In this document: in pieces, positions 38,409 to 47,582 of the stretch
How the letters are laid out: each line of letters begins with the position of its first letter
How positions within the stretch are numbered: position 1 is the stretch's first letter
NCBI GenBank assembly: GCA_049510745.1
Contig: JBEKYR010000011.1
Span: forward strand, 73,932-137,931
Direction: 5' to 3'
DNA: 64,000 nucleotides
DNA from: Verrucomicrobiota bacterium
GTDB taxonomy: Bacteria; Verrucomicrobiota; Verrucomicrobiia; Limisphaerales; Palsa-1400
The notes under the pieces: generated by a model
The model's input: the letters and a program-made list of their open reading frames with translations, nothing else
What the model was told of the DNA's origin: nothing
Database searches by the model: none
Made by a program: the position numbers and the translations under genes

Positions 38409-38546
38409 AGTCTAAAAAGGATGAAGTAAGAAGGAAGAAGGTAGAAGTCAAGCAACAAGCGGCCTCCGATCACGGGGGGCTGCCTCAGACTCCAAGGACG
38501 CGGCAATACATTACTTCATCCTTCTTACTTTTTGATCCTTCATTGT

Positions 38547-38582
38547 TGTGAATAACTTTCTTATCGTGTGAATAACTTTCTT
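38547..38582. promoter_or_regulatory. Tandem 16-bp direct repeat, each copy containing a DnaA-box match
   Basis: TGTGAATAACTTTCTT at 38547 and 38567; TGTGAATAA is the reverse complement of TTATTCACA (fits TTWTNCACA). Confidence 0.5.
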
Positions 38583-38705
38583 GTGAAGATTCTTGAAGGC
38601 GTGGGTGAATTCGGCTACGGTATTTCGTTTTGAAAAGCTGGCGCTGACCTGTGAATTCGTTGTTTCGCTTGTTTTTTTTTCAGCGCGGTTGGCCCGGTCG
38701 TTTGT

Positions 38706-40091
38706 ATGTGTGGATGGGATGGAATTGAATGTGACGTGGGCGTGGTCGGTTTGGATGTGACGGGCAGGAATGTGGCTCTGAATCTTGCCGATCATACCTT
38801 CCGCGTGGCCGTGTGTCCCGGGGGGCCGGAAAATGGCCCGGCCTTGCCGGAAGAAGCGGACAGGGGGGCGGTGTCGATGGCAACGAGTTTTCCCGAGCTG
38901 GCAGGACGGCTGAAGAAGCCGCGCGCGATTTTTCTTTTCAAGGGGGCCAAAGCTCCGGCGGACGCCGCTCTCAACGCGTTGCTGCCGCATTTGGAAGGAG
39001 GGGACGTGGTCATCGACGCCGGGGATTCTTATTACAAGGAGACGGCCTGGCGCAGCGACCTGTTGGAGAACCGGTCGATTCACTTGATGGGTTTGGGGCT
39101 GGCCGGCGGCGCGGAAGGAGCGCGGCGCGGCGCGGTGATCACGGCGGGCGGGACGCCCGAAGGCTATAAGCGCACGCGCCCGATGCTGGAAGCCATCGCG
39201 GCCAAAATCCACGGCGAACCCTGCGTGAGCTATCTCGGTCCGGCGGCGGCGTGCCATTTTGTGAAGATGGTCAATGCCGGCATCGGGCACGGGTTGATGC
39301 AACTGCTGCGCGAGACACTCTCTCTGGCGGAACGGACGCTGCCGCCCAACGAGGAGGAGGTGCGCGACGTGTTCGGGGCGGGGAGCCTGGATGCGCTCAA
39401 TGGTTGTTGGACAGAGGTTTCCGGCGATGTTTTCAATCCGCTGACGGAATCGACCCTCCGGCGGCGGATCAAGGAGCGGCTGGAAGTAGTCAACAATAAC
39501 GATTTGGCGGGACGGCTCGCGCAGACCACCCTGGAACTGGCGGTGGAAGCGCCGACGATCCAGGCGGGGCTGGGTCCGCGGGAGGCGGCGGCGCGGGAAC
39601 GGCGGCGCGCGCTGGCCTTGACGCCCTCGCGCCAGCCGGTGGGGCGGGCGGGAGAGGACCCGGACAGCGTGCTGGAGGAATTGCACGGAGCGCTTTACGC
39701 GGCCGTAATCATCGCCTACACGGAGGGCCTGGCGCTGCTGGCGAGGGCCGCGCAGTTTTACGGATTTCCGTTTTATCCGGCCGAAATTACGCGCCTCTGG
39801 AAAGGTGGCAGCCCCCTTGGCTCGACGTTGCTGGAGGACATCGCCGCGGCCCTGCGGGCGACGCCGGACCTGCCCAATCTGTTGTGTGACGAGGACCTTT
39901 CGGAGAAGGTCATGGCGCACCAGGAATATCTGCGGCGCGCCGTCTGGCGCGCGCACGAGTTGGACATCGGGACACCCGGAATGCTGGCGGCGCTGGAGTA
40001 CCTGGATACGCGAAGAGACGCATGGTGGCCGGTGAATTTGATCCAAACGCCGCGCTGGGAACGGGGAGGCGTTGCTGCTGAGGTCGCCTGA
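38706..40091 (+). CDS. Divergent 6-phosphogluconate dehydrogenase (Gnd)-like protein, probably inactive
   Basis: VGVVGLDVTGRNVALNLADH, LKKPRAI, GDVVIDAG, GGAEGARRG, AIAAK..GEPC, HFVKMV, LWKGG, P.NLIQ; several key residues substituted. Confidence 0.8.
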   Translation: MCGWDGIECDVGVVGLDVTGRNVALNLADHTFRVAVCPGGPENGPALPEEADRGAVSMATSFPELAGRLKKPRAIFLFKGAKAPADAALNALLPHLEGGDVVIDAGDSYYKETAWRSDLLENRSIHLMGLGLAGGAEGARRGAVITAGGTPEGYKRTRPMLEAIAAKIHGEPCVSYLGPAAACHFVKMVNAGIGHGLMQLLRETLSLAERTLPPNEEEVRDVFGAGSLDALNGCWTEVSGDVFNPLTESTLRRRIKERLEVVNNNDLAGRLAQTTLELAVEAPTIQAGLGPREAAARERRRALALTPSRQPVGRAGEDPDSVLEELHGALYAAVIIAYTEGLALLARAAQFYGFPFYPAEITRLWKGGSPLGSTLLEDIAAALRATPDLPNLLCDEDLSEKVMAHQEYLRRAVWRAHELDIGTPGMLAALEYLDTRRDAWWPVNLIQTPRWERGGVAAEVA

Positions 40092-40159
40092 CACGGCCGC
40101 CGCCGAGGCGGTCAAGGTTTGGCCAGAAGTCTGCTGTTCTTTCGAGGCAAGGAGGGGAT

Positions 40160-40705
40160 TTATTGTTTGGCCGCGCCCGCGGCGGCGGCCTCCTGCAGCT
40201 TCTTCACGCGGTCCGCCAGTTTGTTGTATTTTTCAACCAGATCGTTGCGGGCTTTGACACTGTCGTTGTATTTGCGGATAAAATCGTCGCGTTCGGCCAC
40301 CAGGCGCGTGATCGCGTCATTTTGCTTTTTAATGCCGTCGTAGGCTTCCTGGAGCTTGCTTTCCAGGACGTTGGTGACGGCCTGATATTGGACGATTTCA
40401 TTGCTCATCGAGTCGGCGCCGAGTTGCAGGCGGAGAAGGTCGCGTTTTTGGGCGAGGATGAGTTGGTCGTTGGTCATGGCTTGCTGTTTGAGTTCGTTGA
40501 GGCGCGCTTGCAAGGCCGCGATCTCGGCGTCCATCGTCTTGATCGAGTTGGTGTAGCCCTGAATGTCGGTGGATTGCTTGAAGATGACCTGGTCCAGGGA
40601 ATCGATGTGATTGCGCTGGACGGTTTGGGCGTACCATTGCCAGACGCACAACCCGCACAGCGCCAGGGCCAGGACGATGAGGAGGTTCTGTTGGAAGTTT
40701 TTCAT
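40160..40705 (-). CDS. Membrane-anchored coiled-coil protein
   Basis: N-terminal TM then heptad-rich helix; 4-nt overlap with exbD. Confidence 0.8.
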   Translation of the reverse strand: MKNFQQNLLIVLALALCGLCVWQWYAQTVQRNHIDSLDQVIFKQSTDIQGYTNSIKTMDAEIAALQARLNELKQQAMTNDQLILAQKRDLLRLQLGADSMSNEIVQYQAVTNVLESKLQEAYDGIKKQNDAITRLVAERDDFIRKYNDSVKARNDLVEKYNKLADRVKKLQEAAAAGAAKQ

Positions 40706-41133
40706 TTTTGCCCGGCGGCGGAAGAGGGATCGGCTTTAACGGCGAAGGCCACGCGCTCGATGCCGGCCCGTTTGACGAGGTCCAAAACGTACACCATTTC
40801 GCCGTGGGTCGCATCGCGGCTGCCGCTCAGATAGACGGGGAGGTTGGTGTTGGCGTGATGGCGGTTGGTCAGGAGGGTGAAAAGCTGCGGGAACGTCATC
40901 AGGTTGTTGTCCAGAGAGACCGCGCCGTCGCGATCGACCTTGAGTTTGATCAGGTCGGGCTTGGCGGCGGAAGTGGCCAGGGTGGCGGTGGGCAGGCTGG
41001 CTTTGAGGGTGCGCACCTTTTGCATTTGCAGGCTGACCATCATGAAGGAGGCGAGAAGAAAAAACATGATGTCAATCAGCGGGATGATTTCCAGCCGGCT
41101 GCGCTTGCGGGCAATGGGAGAACGGATTTTCAC
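40702..41133 (-). CDS. exbD: Biopolymer transporter ExbD
   Basis: EIIPLIDIMFFLLASFMM, LP.A, D..ATHG. Confidence 0.93.
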   Translation of the reverse strand: MKIRSPIARKRSRLEIIPLIDIMFFLLASFMMVSLQMQKVRTLKASLPTATLATSAAKPDLIKLKVDRDGAVSLDNNLMTFPQLFTLLTNRHHANTNLPVYLSGSRDATHGEMVYVLDLVKRAGIERVAFAVKADPSSAAGQK

Positions 41134-41555
41134 GGTATGGGCTGGCGGCGGCTGCCGTCCGCCATGAAGGCCACTTTTTGCACGCCGACGCGGCGCACCG
41201 CTTCATAGACGTCCACCATGTCGCCGTGCGGCGTGGCGGTGTCGCCGGCGATATAGACGGGCAAATTGGTGTTGAGGAGGAACCGGTTGCTGAGGGCGGC
41301 GCACAACTCCGGCAAGGTGAGGTTGGTCTTCTCCAACCAGACGCGGCCGGCCCGGTCCACGGCGATGTTGATCATGTCGGGCCTGAAATCGGGGCCAGCC
41401 TGGGTGGCGAAGGGGAGATTGACCTTGATGTTTTGGGTGCGGTCCATTTGCAGGCTGACCATCATGAAGGAGGCAAGGAGAAAGAACATGATGTCGATCA
41501 GCGGGATGATCTCGATGCGCGAATGGCGGCGCTGGACTGGGGAGGGGAGTTTCAC
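41130..41555 (-). CDS. exbD: Biopolymer transporter ExbD (second copy)
   Basis: EIIPLIDIMFFLLASFMM, VNLP, IAGD..TPHG. Confidence 0.93.
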   Translation of the reverse strand: MKLPSPVQRRHSRIEIIPLIDIMFFLLASFMMVSLQMDRTQNIKVNLPFATQAGPDFRPDMINIAVDRAGRVWLEKTNLTLPELCAALSNRFLLNTNLPVYIAGDTATPHGDMVDVYEAVRRVGVQKVAFMADGSRRQPIP

Positions 41556-42205
41556 CGGGGCGCTTCTGAAGGGGGTTCTTTCAATTTGGAGGACTGCACC
41601 ATGACTTCGACATTGCTGGCCGCGGTCTCCAACTCAAACTGCAAGCGCGCCACCTTGGCCGTGAAATAGTTGAACGGGATGAGCGAAAAGATGGCGATGC
41701 CCAGGCCGCAGGCCGTGGCGATCAGGGCCTCGCCGATGCCGCCGGTGACGGCCCTGACGGACAACTCGGCGCTGCCCACGCTGAGAAAGGCGCGCATCAG
41801 GCCGGTGACCGTTCCGAGCAAGCCGAGCAGGGGCGCCAGCGTCACCAAGGTGTCCATCACGGTGAGAAAGCGCCCGGCCCGCTCCAATTCAATGCCGGCG
41901 GCCAGTTGCAAGGCCCCTTGCAACGAGGAATGGGCGTGATTCAATCCGTTGTAAATCATGCGGATGACCGGGTCGTTGGAGCCTTGGGCGATTTTGACCG
42001 CGGCGGGGATGTCGTGATTTTCCAGGGCGGCCAGGATTTGCTCGAGCTTTTGCGGGTCGCGCCGCCGGCTCTCGCGAAACCACCAAAAGAGCCGTTCCCC
42101 CACGACCGCGACCGCGACCAGCGCGGAGACCAGGATCGGCCCCATCACCGGCCCGCCTTTGAGAACGAATTGGACAACGATATTTGCCATCATAAACGAA
42201 TTCAT
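41552..42205 (-). CDS. exbB: MotA/TolQ/ExbB proton channel protein
   Basis: GGPVM.PI, TLAPLLGLLGTVTG, GIGEALIATACGL. Confidence 0.93.
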   Translation of the reverse strand: MNSFMMANIVVQFVLKGGPVMGPILVSALVAVAVVGERLFWWFRESRRRDPQKLEQILAALENHDIPAAVKIAQGSNDPVIRMIYNGLNHAHSSLQGALQLAAGIELERAGRFLTVMDTLVTLAPLLGLLGTVTGLMRAFLSVGSAELSVRAVTGGIGEALIATACGLGIAIFSLIPFNYFTAKVARLQFELETAASNVEVMVQSSKLKEPPSEAPR

Positions 42206-42206
42206 G

Positions 42207-42899
42207 CTACTCCGATTGTATCTTGTAGGAAATCAATACTTGGAAGAGATGGCCGCCGTGGACGGGCGGTTGAATCCAATGGCGCTTGACCCACTCCAGC
42301 GCGTCGTGGTCCAGCAGTGCCGAACCAGAGGATTCCTTGACCGAGATCGAGGTGATGGCGCCGACGTCATCGACTGTGAACAAGAGAACGACGGTGCCCT
42401 GCTGTCTCATTTGCAAGGCCATCTGCGGATACGGGGGTTGGGGGCGATCACCTGCCGCGCCGGTGCTGGCGATGACAAGCGGGGCCGGCCGCACCACCGG
42501 GGCGGCTTTGGAAAGATCGTCCGCCGGGGGAGTCGGAGCGGCGGACAACGGAACGACCAGGTTGCCGATGGTGGGCACGGCGAAATGGATGGCGGGCGTG
42601 TTGAGCGTGACCGCCACCGAGGGCTGGGCTTTGGGCTTTTCGTCCTCATTTAGGCGCTCGACGGGCTTTGGCTCCGGCGCCGACGGGGGCAGCGGCTCGA
42701 CGACGATGGGAACGGGTTGCTCGATGGGCGGGGCGTGTTTTGGGACCGGCAGTTTGTTTTGGGCGCCAAAGACGCCGATGAGCAGGAACAAGAGACAGAG
42801 CGAATTGACCCAGGCCAGCCGCCGATAAGCGTCGCGCTCGGGCGCGGGAAGGCAGAAGCGCGCCAGCTCGGACTTCAATTGGTAGGCAGCCACAGCCAC
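42207..42899 (-). CDS. tonB: Energy transducer TonB
   Basis: TM with SL.LL, Pro-rich linker, PPYP..A...QGTV, SSG..LLD..AL. Confidence 0.88.
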   Translation of the reverse strand: MAVAAYQLKSELARFCLPAPERDAYRRLAWVNSLCLLFLLIGVFGAQNKLPVPKHAPPIEQPVPIVVEPLPPSAPEPKPVERLNEDEKPKAQPSVAVTLNTPAIHFAVPTIGNLVVPLSAAPTPPADDLSKAAPVVRPAPLVIASTGAAGDRPQPPYPQMALQMRQQGTVVLLFTVDDVGAITSISVKESSGSALLDHDALEWVKRHWIQPPVHGGHLFQVLISYKIQSE

Positions 42900-42936
42900 G
42901 GGTCAGTCTTTCGCGTTCGCTCCGTCGCGTTGATTT

Positions 42937-45147
42937 TTAGAACGCATAGCTCAACGATCCAAACAAGCCCCGGCGCTCGCCATATTGGGCGGCGTTGACG
43001 CCGACACCCGTGCCGCTGCGCAGTTGATAGACGTTGTCCGTGACGTTGACGACATCCAACCGGGCCTTTAAGAACCGGTGCTCGCCCAATTTCAAGCTTT
43101 GCTCCACGCCGAGATTTATTGAATAGTATTGACCGACGTTGGCGCCATTCGGGACGGCTTCCGTCGTCCCGGGGATCAACACGGTGCCGTCCTGCCGAAG
43201 CCCGCTGCCGTAAAGGGCGTCGGCATAAACCCGCGTGCTGTGGCGCGGCCCCTCGTTCCAGGAATAAGCCGTGCCGAAGGAACCGGTGAGACGCTGGTCG
43301 TGGTCGAGGTAAATCCAGTGCTGGTTGATGTAATCAACCACCGTCTGGTCCGGCCAGAGGAATTGGGCCGAGGCGGCGCCTTTGCCCTGCGCGCTGGAGA
43401 GGGCGAGGTTGGCGTAGGAGGAGAAGCCGTTGGTTTGGTAGCTGACCGTCAGTTCCAGGCCCTCGACCCGCCCCTCGCCATAATTGAACGCGGAGATGAT
43501 GAGCGATTGGCTGAAGAAACCGTCGTCCAGTTGGTTCTGGGCGGTTTTGTAATAGCCGTCCAGGCCGACTTGCAGGCCGGGCAGCAGTTTCTGGCTGATG
43601 CCGGCGTCGTAATAATTGGCCCGCTCGGCCTTGACCGGAGAAGCGGTGGTGACGCCGGAGGCGCCCGAGGTGCCGCTGAAAGCCGCGACGTCGGACGCGG
43701 GCACGGTTTCCAGGGGCGGCGGCGTGAAGTAGCGCGCATAACCGGCGTGCAGGGTCGTCGAGTCCGTCGGCTGGTAAATGATATTGGCGCGCGGACTGAC
43801 CTGGTTTTCGTCGTCCACGGTGGAGGTATAGACGTCGAAGCGCGCGCCGTAATTGAGAGTGACCTTGGGCAAAATTTTCCATTCGTCCTGCAAGTACATG
43901 CCGGAGAAGAGGGCGTGGGTCAGGTTGTTCTGAAGGATGCCTTCCAGCCCGCCGCTTTCGTTGCCGCTGGCGTCAACCGGAAAAACCGCGGTCAGGGTGT
44001 TGGCCGACACGGCCTCCTCCAAAATCTCCACCCCGCCGCGCAACGTGTGTTTGGCGCCGAGGGCGTAGCTGGCGTCGCCTTGCAGCCCGCCGCCGGTGAG
44101 AACGCGATTTTCGTCGGTGGCCACGCCGCCGTTGTAATAGAGAGTCGGTTCCAACGCGTCCGGCGTATAGTGGGCGCCGCTGTTGAGGCCAAAGGCGGAA
44201 ATCTGATAGTTCAGGTCGCCGGCCGATTTTTGATAGGCCACGACGCCGTAATAATTCTGTTCGGTTTGATTGTCATTCAAATCGGTTGGGGTGAAGTTTC
44301 CCGCGACCCAGGGGTCGCCGCTGGGCTGGGTGGAAACGGGCTGGAGGCTGGGATTGATGGGGATTTCAAAGGTGGCGTAGGACGCGCTGCCCATAATGAC
44401 CAGGCGGCTGGAAGCATCGATCAGGTCGGAGGCGTAGAGGAAGGTTTTATATTGGTCGGTGTAATCATGAATGGGCACGGAACTGGGGGCCGGATTCTCG
44501 ATGCCGATGTTGTCGTGAGTGTAGCTGCCGTCAATGAAGTAGCTCCATTTGCCTTCGGAACCGGCGTATTCGAAGCTGGGCCGGATGGTGTCATAGCTGC
44601 CGCCGTAGAGTTCAACCGAGCCGCCGTTGGTGAAGAGGCCGCCCTTGGTCTGAATATCGACGATGCCCGCGGTGCGGAAGCCGTATTCGGCCGGGAGCGA
44701 GCCGGTGATCAGTTGCATGCTTTGCACAAAGCGGGGGTCCAGTTCCTGGCCGAAACCGGTGATGCCTTCGGGCAACACGACGTCGTTGATGCGGTATTGC
44801 AAATTGGCGTGCTCGCCCCGGACGTGAAGCTGTCCGAGTGAATCCTCCGCCATGCCCGGCGCGCGCAAGATGACTTGATTAAAGGAGGCGTTGTCGCCCT
44901 GCGGCAAGTCCACGACGGATTGGGTGGTGAAAGAGTAGGCGGTGGCGCCGAGATTGGGCACAATTTGGCTGCGCGCCTCGTTGAGGCGGCCCACGACCGT
45001 CACGGTGTCGAGGGTCGTGACGTTGGTGGGGGAGGTGGCGCTGTTCGTCTGGCCCAGGAGCGGTCCCGAGGCCAGCGTTCCGAACAGCATCGCCAGATAA
45101 CATACAGGGCGGGAAAATTTCTGATCTGATTTCTTCGTCGATTTCAT
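42937..45147 (-). CDS. TonB-dependent outer membrane receptor (probably metal uptake)
   Basis: Signal peptide, TonB-box-like DTVTVVG, plug LHVRGEHANLQYRINDV, LPAEYG.RTAG, YLQDEW, LDHDQR, terminal F. Confidence 0.92.
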   Translation of the reverse strand: MKSTKKSDQKFSRPVCYLAMLFGTLASGPLLGQTNSATSPTNVTTLDTVTVVGRLNEARSQIVPNLGATAYSFTTQSVVDLPQGDNASFNQVILRAPGMAEDSLGQLHVRGEHANLQYRINDVVLPEGITGFGQELDPRFVQSMQLITGSLPAEYGFRTAGIVDIQTKGGLFTNGGSVELYGGSYDTIRPSFEYAGSEGKWSYFIDGSYTHDNIGIENPAPSSVPIHDYTDQYKTFLYASDLIDASSRLVIMGSASYATFEIPINPSLQPVSTQPSGDPWVAGNFTPTDLNDNQTEQNYYGVVAYQKSAGDLNYQISAFGLNSGAHYTPDALEPTLYYNGGVATDENRVLTGGGLQGDASYALGAKHTLRGGVEILEEAVSANTLTAVFPVDASGNESGGLEGILQNNLTHALFSGMYLQDEWKILPKVTLNYGARFDVYTSTVDDENQVSPRANIIYQPTDSTTLHAGYARYFTPPPLETVPASDVAAFSGTSGASGVTTASPVKAERANYYDAGISQKLLPGLQVGLDGYYKTAQNQLDDGFFSQSLIISAFNYGEGRVEGLELTVSYQTNGFSSYANLALSSAQGKGAASAQFLWPDQTVVDYINQHWIYLDHDQRLTGSFGTAYSWNEGPRHSTRVYADALYGSGLRQDGTVLIPGTTEAVPNGANVGQYYSINLGVEQSLKLGEHRFLKARLDVVNVTDNVYQLRSGTGVGVNAAQYGERRGLFGSLSYAF

Positions 45148-45283
45148 AATTGCGGTCCAAATTCAATAGTTAAGGGTCAAAGGGATTTCACTTTTGGAAC
45201 TTCCGTTCCAGCCTGACTCGGAACGGTGCGGCACGCGCCACGCTGTCCGGCAGACCAACTGTCTTGCAAGAACAACCAGTCAA

Positions 45284-45613
45284 CTAAATGAAGAGGGAAC
45301 CGGCGGGCGGACCGCGGCTGGGAAGCAATCGAATATCGGCGGACACGAAAATGGCCGCCGGCTGCGGGTCGCCGGAAAGAATGAGCGGGGCGGGCTGCCG
45401 CAATTCAACCGCCGTGCTGGCGGAATGGACTTGGCCGTGAGCAAACAGCGTGACCGCGCACTCGTGGCCGGCGTCGCGGGCGCCCTCATGCGCCAGAGCG
45501 TGCAGGGCGGGAATCGCCACCATGGCGTACAGCGCCAGAAACACGCCGAGGCAAAACGCCGCCAGCCCTCGGCGGGCTTTCTTCATGACTCGTGCTGACG
45601 GCGACGGCTTCAT
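45284..45613 (-). CDS. DUF2946-like His-rich leader protein with C-terminal RGPP motif
   Basis: Basic N-terminus and TM, LHALAH...HECAVTLFAHGQVH, ends LLPSRGPPAGSLFI; directly upstream of the receptor. Confidence 0.78.
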   Translation of the reverse strand: MKPSPSARVMKKARRGLAAFCLGVFLALYAMVAIPALHALAHEGARDAGHECAVTLFAHGQVHSASTAVELRQPAPLILSGDPQPAAIFVSADIRLLPSRGPPAGSLFI

Positions 45614-45725
45614 CGCGCGCCACTTCTAGCAGATGCGTCCGCCAATGCAACCTTTTTTTTCTCCCGCAGTTTCATGCCGCCAAGTCTGCCCGTAATGCGT
45701 CGGCCGCGCATGAGAATCCTTCCAT

Positions 45726-46664
45726 TCAAAACATATAGCTCACAATCACCTTGAACATTGCCGGCGCCACCAACTGGTCGCCGGTGGTGTGCTCATAGAC
45801 GGGAAACTCGACGTCGGCGTACACCTTGACCGGGTGGAGATGAAACTCAATCCCGGGCGAGAGCAAAATCCGCTGGTAGCCGGAGGCGACCGGACTGGCC
45901 GCCGCGGAGCCAGTATCGCTGGTCCGTTCGCAAGGGATGACCTGCGCCACCGGCGTAATCCTCACCTTGCCGAGCGACCAACCCTGGTAGTAGAGACCGA
46001 GGGCCGTGTCCAGTTCGACGCCCGGACGGTAGTGGGCTTGGATGAGCGTCGGCACGTCCAACTTCGCCTGCGCGAACCAATACAAGCCGTGCGCCACGCT
46101 ATTGAGGGTGTGGCGATAGAAGCCGCCGAGCAGCAGATCGGTGCTGCCCGTTCCCAGTTCGCTGTCCCGGTCAATGTCGCCGTAAGCGTCGTTGCGGCTG
46201 AAATCGCCCGTCGGCAGTTTCACTCCGAACGTCACCCCGGCGGACATGTCCGGCGAAAACCCGGCGTAGATGCCTTCGAGCCGGAGATCGCCGAAGGCGC
46301 CCCATTTGGTTGAGACGATGTCACTGCCGCTGGCGCCGCCGGTGGTTTGGAAGTAGCGAACGTCGTAGGGCAATTCGACCTGGACTCCCCAACTGCGGTT
46401 GAACATGTACTGCAGACCGAGCATGGTAAAATCGGTCCGAATCTCCTTGTCCGGATTGTCCACGGCGGGCGCGCGCGAGCCGCGGCTCCAGTTCCAGGTC
46501 TGGTCCTGGAAGTCGTACTCCGCGAACACCATCCCGCCCGGCCCTTGGGGCAGCATCGAACTGGTGCCGACATCAAAAACACCGCACCCGCAGGCGCAGG
46601 CCCAGCCCACGCTGGGGGTCAGGACCGCGGCCATCACTGCAAAACATTTTTTTCTCACATTCAT
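45726..46664 (-). CDS. Exported, probably outer-membrane beta-barrel protein with N-terminal CACGC motif
   Basis: Signal peptide followed by CACGCG; FGDLRL, GVKLPTG, LGTGSTD; terminal YMF. Confidence 0.75.
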   Translation of the reverse strand: MNVRKKCFAVMAAVLTPSVGWACACGCGVFDVGTSSMLPQGPGGMVFAEYDFQDQTWNWSRGSRAPAVDNPDKEIRTDFTMLGLQYMFNRSWGVQVELPYDVRYFQTTGGASGSDIVSTKWGAFGDLRLEGIYAGFSPDMSAGVTFGVKLPTGDFSRNDAYGDIDRDSELGTGSTDLLLGGFYRHTLNSVAHGLYWFAQAKLDVPTLIQAHYRPGVELDTALGLYYQGWSLGKVRITPVAQVIPCERTSDTGSAAASPVASGYQRILLSPGIEFHLHPVKVYADVEFPVYEHTTGDQLVAPAMFKVIVSYMF

Positions 46665-46680
46665 GGCAAAGATTCAAAGA

Positions 46681-47460
46681 TCAGTCTCGCAGATGGAACA
46701 GCAGAACCAATGCGCCGATGGCGCAGAAGCCGATGGCGAAATTGACCAGGACGATCTTCTTTTCGTGTTTGAGGATTTCCCCCAGCACCGCGTGGGTGGC
46801 GAGAAATAAAAAGCCGCCGCCGGCGTGGGCCAGCGCCAGAGCCAGCCAGACGGGGGACAGGTTCGGAAAAACAAACCAGCCGAGCAGTCCGCCCAGAATG
46901 GTCGTGCTCTCCACCGCCGCCACCCACCAAAACATGCGCCGGCGGCCAAAGGCCGCGCCCAGCAGCAACGCGCCCAGAGCCAGGCCCTCCGGCGCCTTGT
47001 GGACGCAGATGGCGACGGTGATGGATAAATCCAGGGATCGGTTCGCGCCGGGGACGGCCTGTTCCTGGCGGCCGGCGGCCAGCGCCAAACCATCGACCGT
47101 GCAGTGAACGGCCAGCGCGATCATCATCGCCACCGCAATTTCGCGGAAGTGGTGCGTGATGGCTTCATCAAAATGGCTGGCGGCACAGGCCGGACAGATG
47201 TGAAAAAGATATTTGCTGATCAGGGCGAACACGGCGTAGCCCGAAGCGGCCCCGAGCGCGCATTGCCACCATCTCAGCGCCTCGAAACACTCCGGCCCGA
47301 TGGCAAACACGGTCACGCCCAGCAACGTTCCCGCGCCCAGGCTGATGAGCGCGCACAACTGCCGGTGGGTGCGCGCCAGCACCCCGCTGAGAACGCCGCC
47401 GCCCAACGCGACGGCGAACGCCACGCAGACACGAATCAGAATGGGGAGCGCCGCCGTCAT
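46681..47460 (-). CDS. ZIP family divalent metal transporter
   Basis: LGAG.LLG, His/Cys loop HICPACAASH...HH, TM4 HCTVDGLALA, TM5 HKAPEG, GGGFLF. Confidence 0.88.
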   Translation of the reverse strand: MTAALPILIRVCVAFAVALGGGVLSGVLARTHRQLCALISLGAGTLLGVTVFAIGPECFEALRWWQCALGAASGYAVFALISKYLFHICPACAASHFDEAITHHFREIAVAMMIALAVHCTVDGLALAAGRQEQAVPGANRSLDLSITVAICVHKAPEGLALGALLLGAAFGRRRMFWWVAAVESTTILGGLLGWFVFPNLSPVWLALALAHAGGGFLFLATHAVLGEILKHEKKIVLVNFAIGFCAIGALVLLFHLRD

Positions 47461-47582
47461 TTCTGTTTTCCTTTTTTCAAGTTCGGGACGCAGTTTAAAT
47501 GGCGGCGGGCGCTGCGCGCAACACTACACTCCTTTGAATAAAACGCCGGGCCGGAACCGTCTGACCTTGCGGCGATGACCCT

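Noticed and set aside
38410..38705. Chromosomal replication origin
   Set aside because: Only two good DnaA boxes, no clear unwinding element and no dnaA/dnaN/gidA context
47461..47582. Metal or cobalamin riboswitch upstream of the ZIP/TonB cluster
   Set aside because: No recognisable conserved riboswitch motifs by eye; an Rfam scan would be needed to exclude one
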